From Lepidodermella squamata (taxonomy: Eukaryota > Animalia > Gastrotricha), in assembly GCA_047495785.1 (NCBI GenBank), contig JBLDXI010000033.1, positions 124,001 through 188,000 on the forward strand: a DNA stretch of 64,000 nt. Direction: 5' to 3'. The notes beneath the pieces are model-generated. The model worked only from the letters and a program-made list of their open reading frames with translations. It had not been told where the DNA came from and made no database searches. Positions 1-10,239 of the stretch are shown here, piece after piece. Each line of letters opens with the position of its first letter. Position 1 is the first letter of the stretch. A program made the translations under genes and the position numbers.

Positions 1-706
1 CACATTGGTGGAGTCACATATACCACCTTCACCAGGGCCGAATACACAGGATGGAGCGCAAACTTCTCTCGACAAATTCGGGCACTTCTTTAGTAAATCT
101 ATCGTCCAGCGATTAGAGACATGTACCAACTCGTTAGCCATCCCCAATGTCATCAAAAGCGAGTACAAGATCAATGCCCTACTCATCTTCTGACGAATAT
201 GAAGGACTTATTAATGGAACCGCAGCTTTTAGCATCTAGATGTGCTTACGCATCTGCGCAAAAAACGTATCTATTATGTGCGCTTACAGACAGGTCCTTC
301 GTCGTGTTCTGTCGTGTCAAGAGGCGTATTTACCCAGACATCAAAAACCAGAAAATGCTTATAGCGGTTAACCATTGCACTATTGTTACCAGAAGAAAAC
401 AAACTAGAACGAGGGACACATGCATAACTTGTGTTTAACCTCAGAATAGTCTTGGGCTGTTCCACGGAGGCCTTAACTAGTGGCTCGAGTACAGAATTTT
501 GAGTTCTACAAATTCCAAGGAGCTTTCATCGCTTTTCATCAAAACGAATCCTTATAGTGCAAGAGGACCGAATCAGTGAAATATCTGAGATTTCGAGATT
601 ATTTAGAAAAATAGATAAACACGAGGTAGAGGAATTATCGAAGCAGTCAAATCAAAAAAAAAAATTTCGAACGTAAATCAAGTTTATTCAACTAATCACC
701 GAGTAA

Positions 707-1876
707 CTAGCTTGTAGATGCTACCGAAAATGCGTACACATTAACACCGATGAGACTAGCTAACACAATCATAGCGGCAACAAAATCTATAACTGAACAG
801 TGTTTAATTCTCAACGGTTTTCCTTTCCATGAAATGAACCGAAATTCAAACTTCCCTAAGAACCATTTAAAATCATTCGCAAAGCCGCATGTTAACAAGG
901 CGTAGATAGTACAAGCCCATGAGATAATCACACAAATATCGCAATAATTGCTCAGAAGAATTCGAGTCGGTTTTTTAGGCACTTCACTCGAAATTTGCGC
1001 TTGTAGAAAAGTTAGCGCAAGAAGAATTGTCATTGTAAAAGCTGGCCGGTCCGGAAATTCCGCGTTCATTGCAAATGAAAATAATTCCAGAGAAGTCAGT
1101 AGCAAAGTAGGCGCCATCAAGTTGTAGATGAAGTATTCCGGTTGCCTTCTGAAAAATAACGTGAAAATTGCGACGCTTCGATTGCCCTGCATGTCCATAA
1201 TCGACCGACGAACGGTGGAATTCAGTACAGTCCAGCCTTGTCCCGGTCTGATAAAATCTGGCTGGAATTTCAGGGTGGGCTGAAGAAATCGCGCACCATT
1301 ATACGCCTCTTGCAGCATGAGAATGATCGAACATTGCTGCTTGTCAAACGGGAAATCGTCGAGATCCATCGAGCATGACGAAGAGAAAATACCGTATCGT
1401 TGCCAGACAAATAGTAATGTGTAATTTTTAACCATGTCACAATACATCCTGCTCGAAAAGCCTTCGATCATTCCGTAATTATTCGCCGTATTTTTGTGGT
1501 TCACTCGCGGCTTCCACACCTGATTTTCGTCAACGTAAAAAATCATTTGCAACCCGGGCCAAAAGAAATTCGGACAAGGAGCTTCCCAGCTGAGACGGAG
1601 AGACCCAGTGACAGTCCATGTTTCATGAACCTCGTCGATTCCGTAGAAATTTTCGATTATTAGAACAGATGTTATGTTTGTTAGATTGCACCTCGGCCAA
1701 CCGATTCCGAAGTCAAAATCGCAGTCAAAACAGTTGGGCACGTAAGATTGAGTCGCAACATGGCTACAGTTGGTCAGAAGTTCATTTAACCGATTTGGAG
1801 GGCCAATTTCAAACAACTGGCCCGATGATAATCGAAAAAATATGAACAGAAAGGTATGTATGACGGGCGATGCCAT
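707..1876 (-). CDS. Divergent Cys-loop (pentameric) ligand-gated ion channel subunit, intronless, paralog A
   Basis: 389-aa ORF with a signal peptide, loop A VWKP, Cys-loop CSMDLDDFPFDKQQC, pre-M1 FRRQPEYFIYNLMAP and four hydrophobic TM segments (M2 DRPAFTMTILLALTFLQ). No vicinal Cys-Cys in loop C. Confidence 0.92.
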   Translation of the reverse strand: MASPVIHTFLFIFFRLSSGQLFEIGPPNRLNELLTNCSHVATQSYVPNCFDCDFDFGIGWPRCNLTNITSVLIIENFYGIDEVHETWTVTGSLRLSWEAPCPNFFWPGLQMIFYVDENQVWKPRVNHKNTANNYGMIEGFSSRMYCDMVKNYTLLFVWQRYGIFSSSCSMDLDDFPFDKQQCSIILMLQEAYNGARFLQPTLKFQPDFIRPGQGWTVLNSTVRRSIMDMQGNRSVAIFTLFFRRQPEYFIYNLMAPTLLLTSLELFSFAMNAEFPDRPAFTMTILLALTFLQAQISSEVPKKPTRILLSNYCDICVIISWACTIYALLTCGFANDFKWFLGKFEFRFISWKGKPLRIKHCSVIDFVAAMIVLASLIGVNVYAFSVASTS

Positions 1877-2587
1877 AAGTTCTTAGGTTATAATAGCAAT
1901 CAAATATGGTAATCTTCACTAATTTTTAGTCGTAGGATTTGATGGTAATGCGATGTCATGTTAATGACCATAATTAAACATTAAACAATTCATTAAACAA
2001 CTTTCTTGTTATCCGGTGTAAATTTTGCGTTAAATATTAATAGATATGGATCGGTAAACAGATCCAAGCCCAACCAATAAAAATTTATTTAATTCAATCA
2101 GAACGGTTAGAGGGCACAATCGATTTACGGGAAATTCAGAATATATTGAGGGTGAAACCTTATGACACAACAACACATGCCGGAGGTGGCAAAAAAATTG
2201 ATGAACGCAGATTTTTCGCTTGGGGCTACCAAGAAACAATTTTCATCCAGTTTTCTATTCTTCACCCGAAAGCAATCAAGTATCCTGGGATGGCGTTGAA
2301 TCATCATCAAAACTGAGTTATAGTGGGAAAAGTGGACGGTTTACGGTGTATAAAATAAGATAAAATTATTTGAACTCCCTACTTTTTGCCTTTTTTCAAT
2401 TACCTTTCGGAAGACTTCAGCTATTTAACGTCGTAACTAATTTCTTTATTCAACCAATAATTTCTCGAGAATGGTTATGAATAAATAAAAGAAAATTTGA
2501 CAATAATCAATGGGAATGACTTATCACGGTGACTTCGAAGAAACCGGGCTATTTCAGGATCAGTTTTCACCCAGCCTGTAGTTCACT

Positions 2588-3754
2588 TCAACTGTTTGAA
2601 GCTACCGAAAATGCATAAATATTCACTCCGATTAGGCTAAACAAAGTGAGTATTGCAGCCACAATGTCAACAATTCGTACCACCTTGATTTTCCACACTT
2701 TGCCTTTAGTCGACAACCATTTAAGCTTCACCTTTCCTTGTAATAACTTCACATCATTTGACAAGCCGCACAAGAATAACGCATAAATCGTACTCGACCA
2801 GGAAATGATGGCGCAAATGTCGCAATAATTGCTTAGGAAAATTCGAGTCGGTTTCTTTGGAACATCACTGGAAATCTGAGACTGGAGGAACGTCAAAGCG
2901 AGAAGTATAGTCATGGTAAAAGCTGGTCGGTCCGGAAAATCCGGGTCCATGGCCAACGCGAACAGCTCTAATGAAGTCAATAGCACAGTCGGAGCCATTA
3001 AATTATAGATGAAGTAATCAGGCTGTCGCAGAAATTCAAGAGTGAATACAGCCACACTTCGATTGCCCTCCATATCCATGATTGATTGATAAGAACTCGA
3101 ATTCAAAAATGACCAGCCTTGCCCGGGCCTCAAAAAATCTGGCTGAAGCCTTAAAATGCTTTGAACAAATCTCGCGCCGTTATATGCCTCTTGCAGCATC
3201 AGAACTATCGAGCACTTCTGCCGGTCGAATGGGAAATGTTGTAAATCCATTGAACATGAGGAGGATAAAATGCCATATCGCTGCCATACAAACTGAAGCG
3301 TGTTGTTTTTCGTCATTTTACAGTACATTCTACTGGAAAATCCGTCGATCATTCCGTAGTTAGTCACCGTATTTTTGTGGTTAACTTTCGGTTTCCAAAC
3401 CTGGTTTTCATCGATGTAAAATACCATTTGAGGACCAGGCCAGGAATAACGGTAGCAAGGTACCTCCCAATTGAGTCGGACAGACCCGGTAGCAGTCCAA
3501 GTTTCTTGAACTTCATTGATATCGTAGAAATTTTCGATATTTATGATCGCTGTTATATTCGTTAAATTGCACCGCGGCCAGCCGATTCCGAAGTCGAAAA
3601 GGCTGTCTCGACAGTTAGGAACATAGGATTGCATTGAAACCTGGCTGCAGTTAGTTAGCAACTCGGCGAGGCGATCTGGTGGCCCAAAATCAGACAACTG
3701 CCCTTCAGTAATTTCGATCAGGACGAAAATAACCGCATACACGAAATTTTGCAT
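2588..3754 (-). CDS. Divergent Cys-loop ligand-gated ion channel subunit, intronless, paralog B
   Basis: 388-aa ORF colinear with paralog A. Cys-loop CSMDLQHFPFDRQKC and the same M2 sequence DRPAFTMTILLALTFLQ. Confidence 0.92.
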   Translation of the reverse strand: MQNFVYAVIFVLIEITEGQLSDFGPPDRLAELLTNCSQVSMQSYVPNCRDSLFDFGIGWPRCNLTNITAIINIENFYDINEVQETWTATGSVRLNWEVPCYRYSWPGPQMVFYIDENQVWKPKVNHKNTVTNYGMIDGFSSRMYCKMTKNNTLQFVWQRYGILSSSCSMDLQHFPFDRQKCSIVLMLQEAYNGARFVQSILRLQPDFLRPGQGWSFLNSSSYQSIMDMEGNRSVAVFTLEFLRQPDYFIYNLMAPTVLLTSLELFALAMDPDFPDRPAFTMTILLALTFLQSQISSDVPKKPTRIFLSNYCDICAIISWSSTIYALFLCGLSNDVKLLQGKVKLKWLSTKGKVWKIKVVRIVDIVAAILTLFSLIGVNIYAFSVASNS

Positions 3755-5173
3755 TGTCCAGCTCGCTGTTCTATATCATGAAACAAGTTCGTTTCACGAT
3801 TTGTAAAAGACTTCAGGTTTCAGTTAATCAGTAAGAAAATCTTCAAGTCAAAGAATTATTGATCATTTCAAAACAATCAAATACGATTCCGGTAGGCATG
3901 GAAAAAGCAGGACCTTCAACTACGGAGTGGGTACGGAATTCTCTCTAACTGCCTTCGCCCTCTTCAAAACCGGAAACGGTAAATGACGCCAGTCTAAAAA
4001 GGCTAAATCATTATTATATCGCCATTATATAGAAAAGAAAATGACGAGAATACCCCATATATTTCGTTAACAACTTGGAAAAGGTAAATAATCATTTTAA
4101 ATCGTTGAAAAATGACGAATGAAAATTATAAAAATGACAAATTGGATTTCTTCAAATAAAAGATGGACTAAAATATGCGATTTTCGACGATATGACCAGG
4201 ACTTTCACATGTAGCATTTTCCAACGTGCTAATTTTCTCGCGTCAGTGCGCAGCGGTAGCAATCAATTAAGCACACGATAGAAAGTTTTTAGCAAACATC
4301 GCGGAGCGAACTTGCATGTCATTTCCCAAAATATATCAATTCTAGGTCATCAAATAACCATGCATTTATGTAAACCCAGTAACATGAGATACCGAGGGAT
4401 AAATCAATTCTCTCACTATAGATATTACATCTATCGGCTTGCCATGCTATTTTCTGCGACGATCCTGAACAAATTTGCCCATTTAAAGTCGGTTTATAGG
4501 CACCGAAGGATGAATTCATTTGATTAACCTGATTTATTGGATTCGCTATTATTCGGAACTGGGCCTTATTGACTATTGGCCTCCAGTTGCAAAAACTAAG
4601 TAAATTACAGAGATAGAGCACAGCTGTCAAGTTTATCTTGGCCCTTGGCCACAACTTTATAACCAAGGTCAAAGCTAAAAATAACTTCGTACCTAATACT
4701 TATTTTGGCTTTTATTTTTCTAGTAATTCATATTCTGCCCTTGGTTTCAAGCAGTTAAAACGGTTCTAAACTGACCAGTACGAAATCTTCAGGAATAAAT
4801 CCCGGCTTCAAGTCCGAGAGAAATCGATAAACAGCATCGGCATTTGCTCGGGCAACAGCATCTTCTTAAACCTTGATTAATGGTTAACATTTTGAGAAAA
4901 TAATTCGAAACAGCTTTTTGAACGAATTCTTCTTTCGCGAGCAATCAGGTTTATACAAATCTGAAAAATTAAATTGAATTGACATGTGAATTCGGCAGTA
5001 ATAAATTATTTATTGAGATCTTTCTCATGAGCAGCAGTATGTCGAAACACAATATAGTTCATATCATTAAAATCTGATATATCACAGCTTTGAAATGAAA
5101 GTGAGCAAAAGCGGTGCAAAAATATAAAGTTTTGTGGTAGAGATAGTCATCAGTCCGAATTTTCCCCTGATTC

Positions 5174-6492
5174 TCAAACTCGGCGTCTAGCCATTCCGGT
5201 TATTGAGGCAAAAGTACCGGCAGAAATTGTCGCGGACCTTCGCGGTTCGTAGCGACTACGCTGGTCAGAATTATTCGAATTACGGACCGAAATTGAATCC
5301 GAGCATTCCGAACTAGCCAGTGCCCAAGTTTGACTGCTGGACAGTAGCGCGTTATTGTTGCAAGATAATTGATTGTTCGTATTGTTTTGAACGTTGACCG
5401 TGTTTATCCCGGTTGATGGTCGACGGCGGTACTGAACCACGCTCGAAGACCGTTGTGCCACTCGGCCACGATTGTTATTCGACGACGATCCGGCAGTTGA
5501 CGGGCGATTTGTGTGGGACTGATGCGGGTGGCGAGGAGTGATTTGCCGCTTTAGACCGTCTTCTTCATCGTTGTCGTAGTCGGATTCGTTCTCAGAGCCG
5601 AAACTCGAGTTGCTAGCACCCGCTTTTGCAGAGCGGTAGGGTACGGATTCGGTAGAGATTTCTAAGAAATTAGACGCAATATAAAGAATTTTATAGGTAA
5701 GCTAAACCGATTTTCCACAAATAACCCGGTGACAAATCAATTCCGTCAATTTTTAGAGCCTTCCATGACAAAATTACGTGAGAAAGTTAAAAAAATATAA
5801 AAAGGTTAATTACAAATTATTTTATTTTATTTAAATTTTAAATTTCAAAGTTATAAAAATTTGAAAAAGCTACCTTAATCAAATTTCTAAGCAAATGATG
5901 AGAAAAGTTTCTCATTTTTCAGCTTTCTCAAGAAATTCGTTCATAAAATTCAAAATTCAAAAATAAAATATATTGCAAGGACATCGTCTATCCAAATCCT
6001 AACTGAAATAGATGACTCACTGTTAGACGAGCAAAGTTCCTCGAGAAAGCAAATTCTCTCACGAGCTTCGAAGAGTTTTATCGCCAGAGATTGCCGTTTA
6101 CTGCTAGTTCTCGACCTCAGCTCTCGCAACTGCCCATCATAAGCCGATAGTTTGATCCTCATTTCGGCTACCATAGACTCCAGAGACCCGATAATGATGT
6201 CTTTATCAACAGCTAACTGGCATAATGCGTCACACCGCCGGCAGTGTTCGTTATTCAGGTCATAATTGCTTTGGTGGTGGTGTAAAGCGCCTTGGGATCC
6301 GTACATCTGACTACTTTGGCTGTGTTTCCGGTACAATTTTCGGAAATGATGATGCGGTCGCCATAGATGGGTAAAATCTTGGCCAGAGTTGTTGAGCACA
6401 CTGAGGGAGGATTGAGCCCTCATGGGGAGATTATCATAGCCCATTTTATCTGCTCCAGCAGCAGAGCCAACTTTACTCGGAACAGCTCCCAT
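5174..6492 (-). CDS. Uncharacterised two-exon protein with an N-terminal MGAVPS (possible myristoylation), a coiled coil and a Ser/Arg-rich tail
   Basis: ATG at 6492. A phase-0 GT..AG intron (~6004-5662) joins the 5950..6534 ORF to an exon that continues in frame into the 5174..5461 ORF. Heptad-like LESMVAEMRIKLSAYDGQLRELR. Confidence 0.6.
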
Positions 6493-6620
6493 TTCAGGTC
6501 TTAAAATCCTATAAAACCAATGAATATTCAACATTTTGAGCCCTCGAACTTGGATATCTTTTCATCAAATAGAAGATCAAAATATAAGCTCAAAAAATTG
6601 CAGCGTCTATAGACCGGATT

Positions 6621-8385
6621 TTAGCATGGAATTAGAGCACGAGAAGCTGCTCGATGAACGTGCGCAGATAAGCGATCTGAAATTTGAAAAATATATATAT
6701 AAAAAAATAGATAAATCTAGAAAAAAACTTGCATAAGTTAGGCTTTTGACCCGTGACAGGGAATTGGATCGACAGAAGTTTCGGATTCGATAAAATCCAG
6801 ACAAATAAATCCTCACATTCGCCATCTGGGAATCGTTCTCGATATTGATCTTGAGGCAAGCAATCAACCACATCAACACAACCCAGTAGACACCCATTTG
6901 GGTAGGCTTTTGGAAACGGAATCTTATCGTCTGAAAAAATTGGAAGAAATTTATTAAAATCAATAAAATATTCAAAATCCGATCGGAAATTAAAGGTAAT
7001 TTTCCAAAAAATCTTTTTGTATTATGAAGTGATAATTTACCTTGATAAAGCGCTTTGTAAAATTTTTCAACCGAAGAGATTTGCTCTTGTGTGCATGGTT
7101 TCGACGAAGAAACAATCCAAAGCCGACCTCGATGAGAAGTTGCCCAAGAACGGCCTTCAAAGAGCTTTATTCCCAGAACAATCAACGAAGCATAAGGTTG
7201 CTGGACGGATAAACAAACACCCCGATCTGTCATTTCCATCAACTGGTTATCCTGCAGACGACCAGGTCGAACCGTCAAATCGACAACTGAATTCTTATCC
7301 TCGTCATTTTTCTGATTTTTCGAGTCGCTAGACATGTACTTCGGCGTTGGGTATTCGGAATCTGCTGAAGTCAACGGATTTCTCAGGTAACTAGGGTCGT
7401 TTTCGAGCTGCTCGCGGCCGGCAAAACCAGGCGGTCGGTTACTACTCGAGTTACCACTCACCTCCTCTTCATCATCAAACGTCAACTCCTTTTGAGCAAC
7501 CTCGACAATTTGTCGACCAGCAAAATCCAACGCAACGGTTTTGTGCCGTCGAGGTCCGAATCGTTGGTCGTATAGCTTGGCCTGTTTATCAATCAACGCT
7601 TTTCGCTCCTTCTCGTTCAACCAGGCCGAACCAGTTGCGAAAAAATCGCTTTGGTCGTCGTAGATTTTCGTACGTTGCGCACTTGTTCGTTCATATTCAA
7701 GCAATTTATCACGGTGTTCAAGGGCAGCGGCTAAACTTGAGTCAACGTTGTCACCCTGTTGAGGCCCCATAACGTCTTTTAAGGTGGCTGCAGATTTACC
7801 AACATCCCCGACTGGATTACCGCAGAATAAGCAAGGACCAGGGCCTTCTTGCAGGCAAATAATTCGCCCGCATTTAACGCAATTCCCGACAAGGCCATGC
7901 CGGCTAGCTAGGCACTGGCACTGCCGGCGGCCGGGTAAAACCATCCGGTCAAGTTGAGCCGCGTCTTTCAGCGAAATAGCTTGAGCATTCGCGTGTTTAT
8001 GCTTCGAACTGGGCGATGTTTTCTGCTGGGCTGGTTGCTGCTGTGGCACTTGAAGGGGCGCGGCCGGGGCGGCGATTACCGAGTTCTTCGATTCCCGAGG
8101 TAAATTTCGCAGCCGAACCACATCGTTGATAAATCGCTTGCAAACGTCTCGTTTCATGTCCAAAAGATTTTGAAGGAAATCAACGAGAGCTTCTTCGGTT
8201 TCGGCAATCATTACATGACTAATAGAAAATTTTGAGATTTTGAATTTTTCCGAAAATTAGTAATAAACTTACTTGACAACTTCGACAGGTGGTTCAAATT
8301 GCAGGCAGTCAGTAAGTCCTTTCATGAGCCAATCTTTCATCGAAAGTTCATGGCCTCCTGACTTTTTAGGCGGATTTTTCGACAT
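6621..8385 (-). CDS. TRIP4: Activating signal cointegrator 1 (zf-C2HC5 plus ASCH domain)
   Basis: C2HC5 finger CQCLASRHGLVGNCVKCGRIICLQEGPGPCLFCG, RTKIYDDQSDFF, and ASCH CLSVQQPYASLIVLGIKLFEGRSWATSHRGRLWI. Four exons; the last intron (6677-6732) is GC-AG. Confidence 0.95.
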
Positions 8386-8771
8386 TTTCAATAAATTAAA
8401 ATTTCTACAATAGGTATAACAAATTAATTGAAAAACCGAAAAAATTGCTTTTTGTCTCAAATTGACTATCTTTCAATAGGTTTTTGAACCCAGTTAAAAG
8501 CACGTTCATCACTAAATACAAGGAGAAAACGCTCGTCACAGCTTTTTCCAAATATGAGCACTAAATAGCATACAGATAAATATAGAGAATTTTCTTTTTC
8601 AAAAACGATCACCACGAAAAGAGAGGAATATCTTCCATACACAACATAATGCACGAAGTTTTGTTGACGAGAAAAACTGAAACAATCATTTTTTTAGAAA
8701 TAAATCATTGTTTAATTTCGAGCAATGAAAGGGCAATGTGTCGTGGTCTTTATTCGAAGATCAAAAATTCA

Positions 8772-9414
8772 TCAACGAGGCCGGCCTTTCGACCGAGCAG
8801 GGTGTTTACTGTGGTGGTGATGACTTTGATGGCCGGATTGAGCGCCAGAGGTTGGAGTAGATCCAGGCAGAACGTCAATAGTTTGCCAGCCTTCGGTCGC
8901 ATTTCCGCCATTTTGTTCGTCCCAATCGGTTAATTCTGAGGTCTATAATTATATATTCAATAATTAATGGAAATTTCAATTTCAATTTATAACTCACAAG
9001 AGGAGGAAAGAGATCTTCTTTGAGAGCAAGTTTTGACGCATCAGGCCGCACAATTTCGCGAGATTTTTTCACAATCAACGGGGCTTTACTGACTTTAGGC
9101 GCCATATCCAACTCGCCAAAATAATCCGGCTCTGGTTCTGCTTCTTCCTGTTGTTTCGCTTGCTGAGCTTTCGCGGCGAGGATCTTATTTTTCGGAGCAG
9201 GTAAGGCCGGTTCCCAGTCTTGCCATTGGCCAAAACTGGAACTGCTGGACTCTACAAACACGCCTTCGAGGGGTTTATCACTGGATGATGATGAGCGGTC
9301 GAGGCCCAAAACGCGTAAAACGCGGCCCCGACATCGACAACAAAATAATGAAACGAAAGCGACAAAAATTTTGCGAAAGATGTTGCCGATCATTCGCAAA
9401 ACGACTTGTGACAT
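8772..9414 (-). CDS. EBAG9: EBAG9/RCAS1-like protein
   Basis: N-terminal hydrophobic/Cys segment, WQDW, and EPEPDYFGELDMAPKVSKAPLIVKK, which resembles EBAG9 EPDYFKDMTP. One phase-0 intron (~8997-8943) followed by TSELTDWDEQ...W. Confidence 0.8.
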
Positions 9415-10239
9415 AATTAAAACCCTAACAAAAAATATACAAAATATATATTCATTTCAATTTATTATGTTCTGCTTCATAAAAATCGGTCGTATACATT
9501 TAGAAAAGTATGTCAGCGCTACGCAGTGAATTGCCCGAAAGTTTTGTTCACAATATTGGTTTCAATTGTATCAAGGCGACAACAATTTCAACAACACATA
9601 CATTGGTGGTCAAGCTGTAAATACGCGTTCAATATGAATAACAGAAATAAACGAAGGCCAAAGTGAAAAATGCATTTATGAATTCATATGCATTGAGCGC
9701 AATTTCAACAACAAAACTGTGTCCATTTTTTCCCACAAAAAGAAATTTTCCGCTTGACCACGCACAAAGTCATGAGGCTAATAATCTCAGCCACAGAAAT
9801 TAAAATACGAAAATTCTGCGAGTGATTGGAAATACAGCACAATTTTTTACGGGTATTGAAGAAAATAGAATAAATTAAATTGACAAGAAGAGAAAACAAA
9901 ACAATCAGTGTAGTAGACTAAAATTATACTGATACAGAGGTTAAGAGTGTACATAGTAAATTGATGTACACAAAATAAAATTGTAGTAAGGTTCAATCGT
10001 AATGGAACGTCTTCTACGTATTTTATTGAATTCCATACTAGAAAAAAACAGGCGAATGATTTTCCCGTTACAACATTGCCACAAATTATTTAAAAACTAG
10101 TTGAAAGGCAATGCGTCTGAAATTTAAGAAAAGCAGATATAAGGCAGATTTGGATCGATCGTTTTTATCAGCTGAGTGAACGTGCCACCATTTACCGAAA
10201 TTTGCTGTGTGTATGTGCTCGGGAGATCATCATCAATCA

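Noticed and set aside
1-470. Short ORFs at the start of the window
   Set aside because: No recognisable motifs or splice structure. Possibly a decayed element, but I cannot support that.
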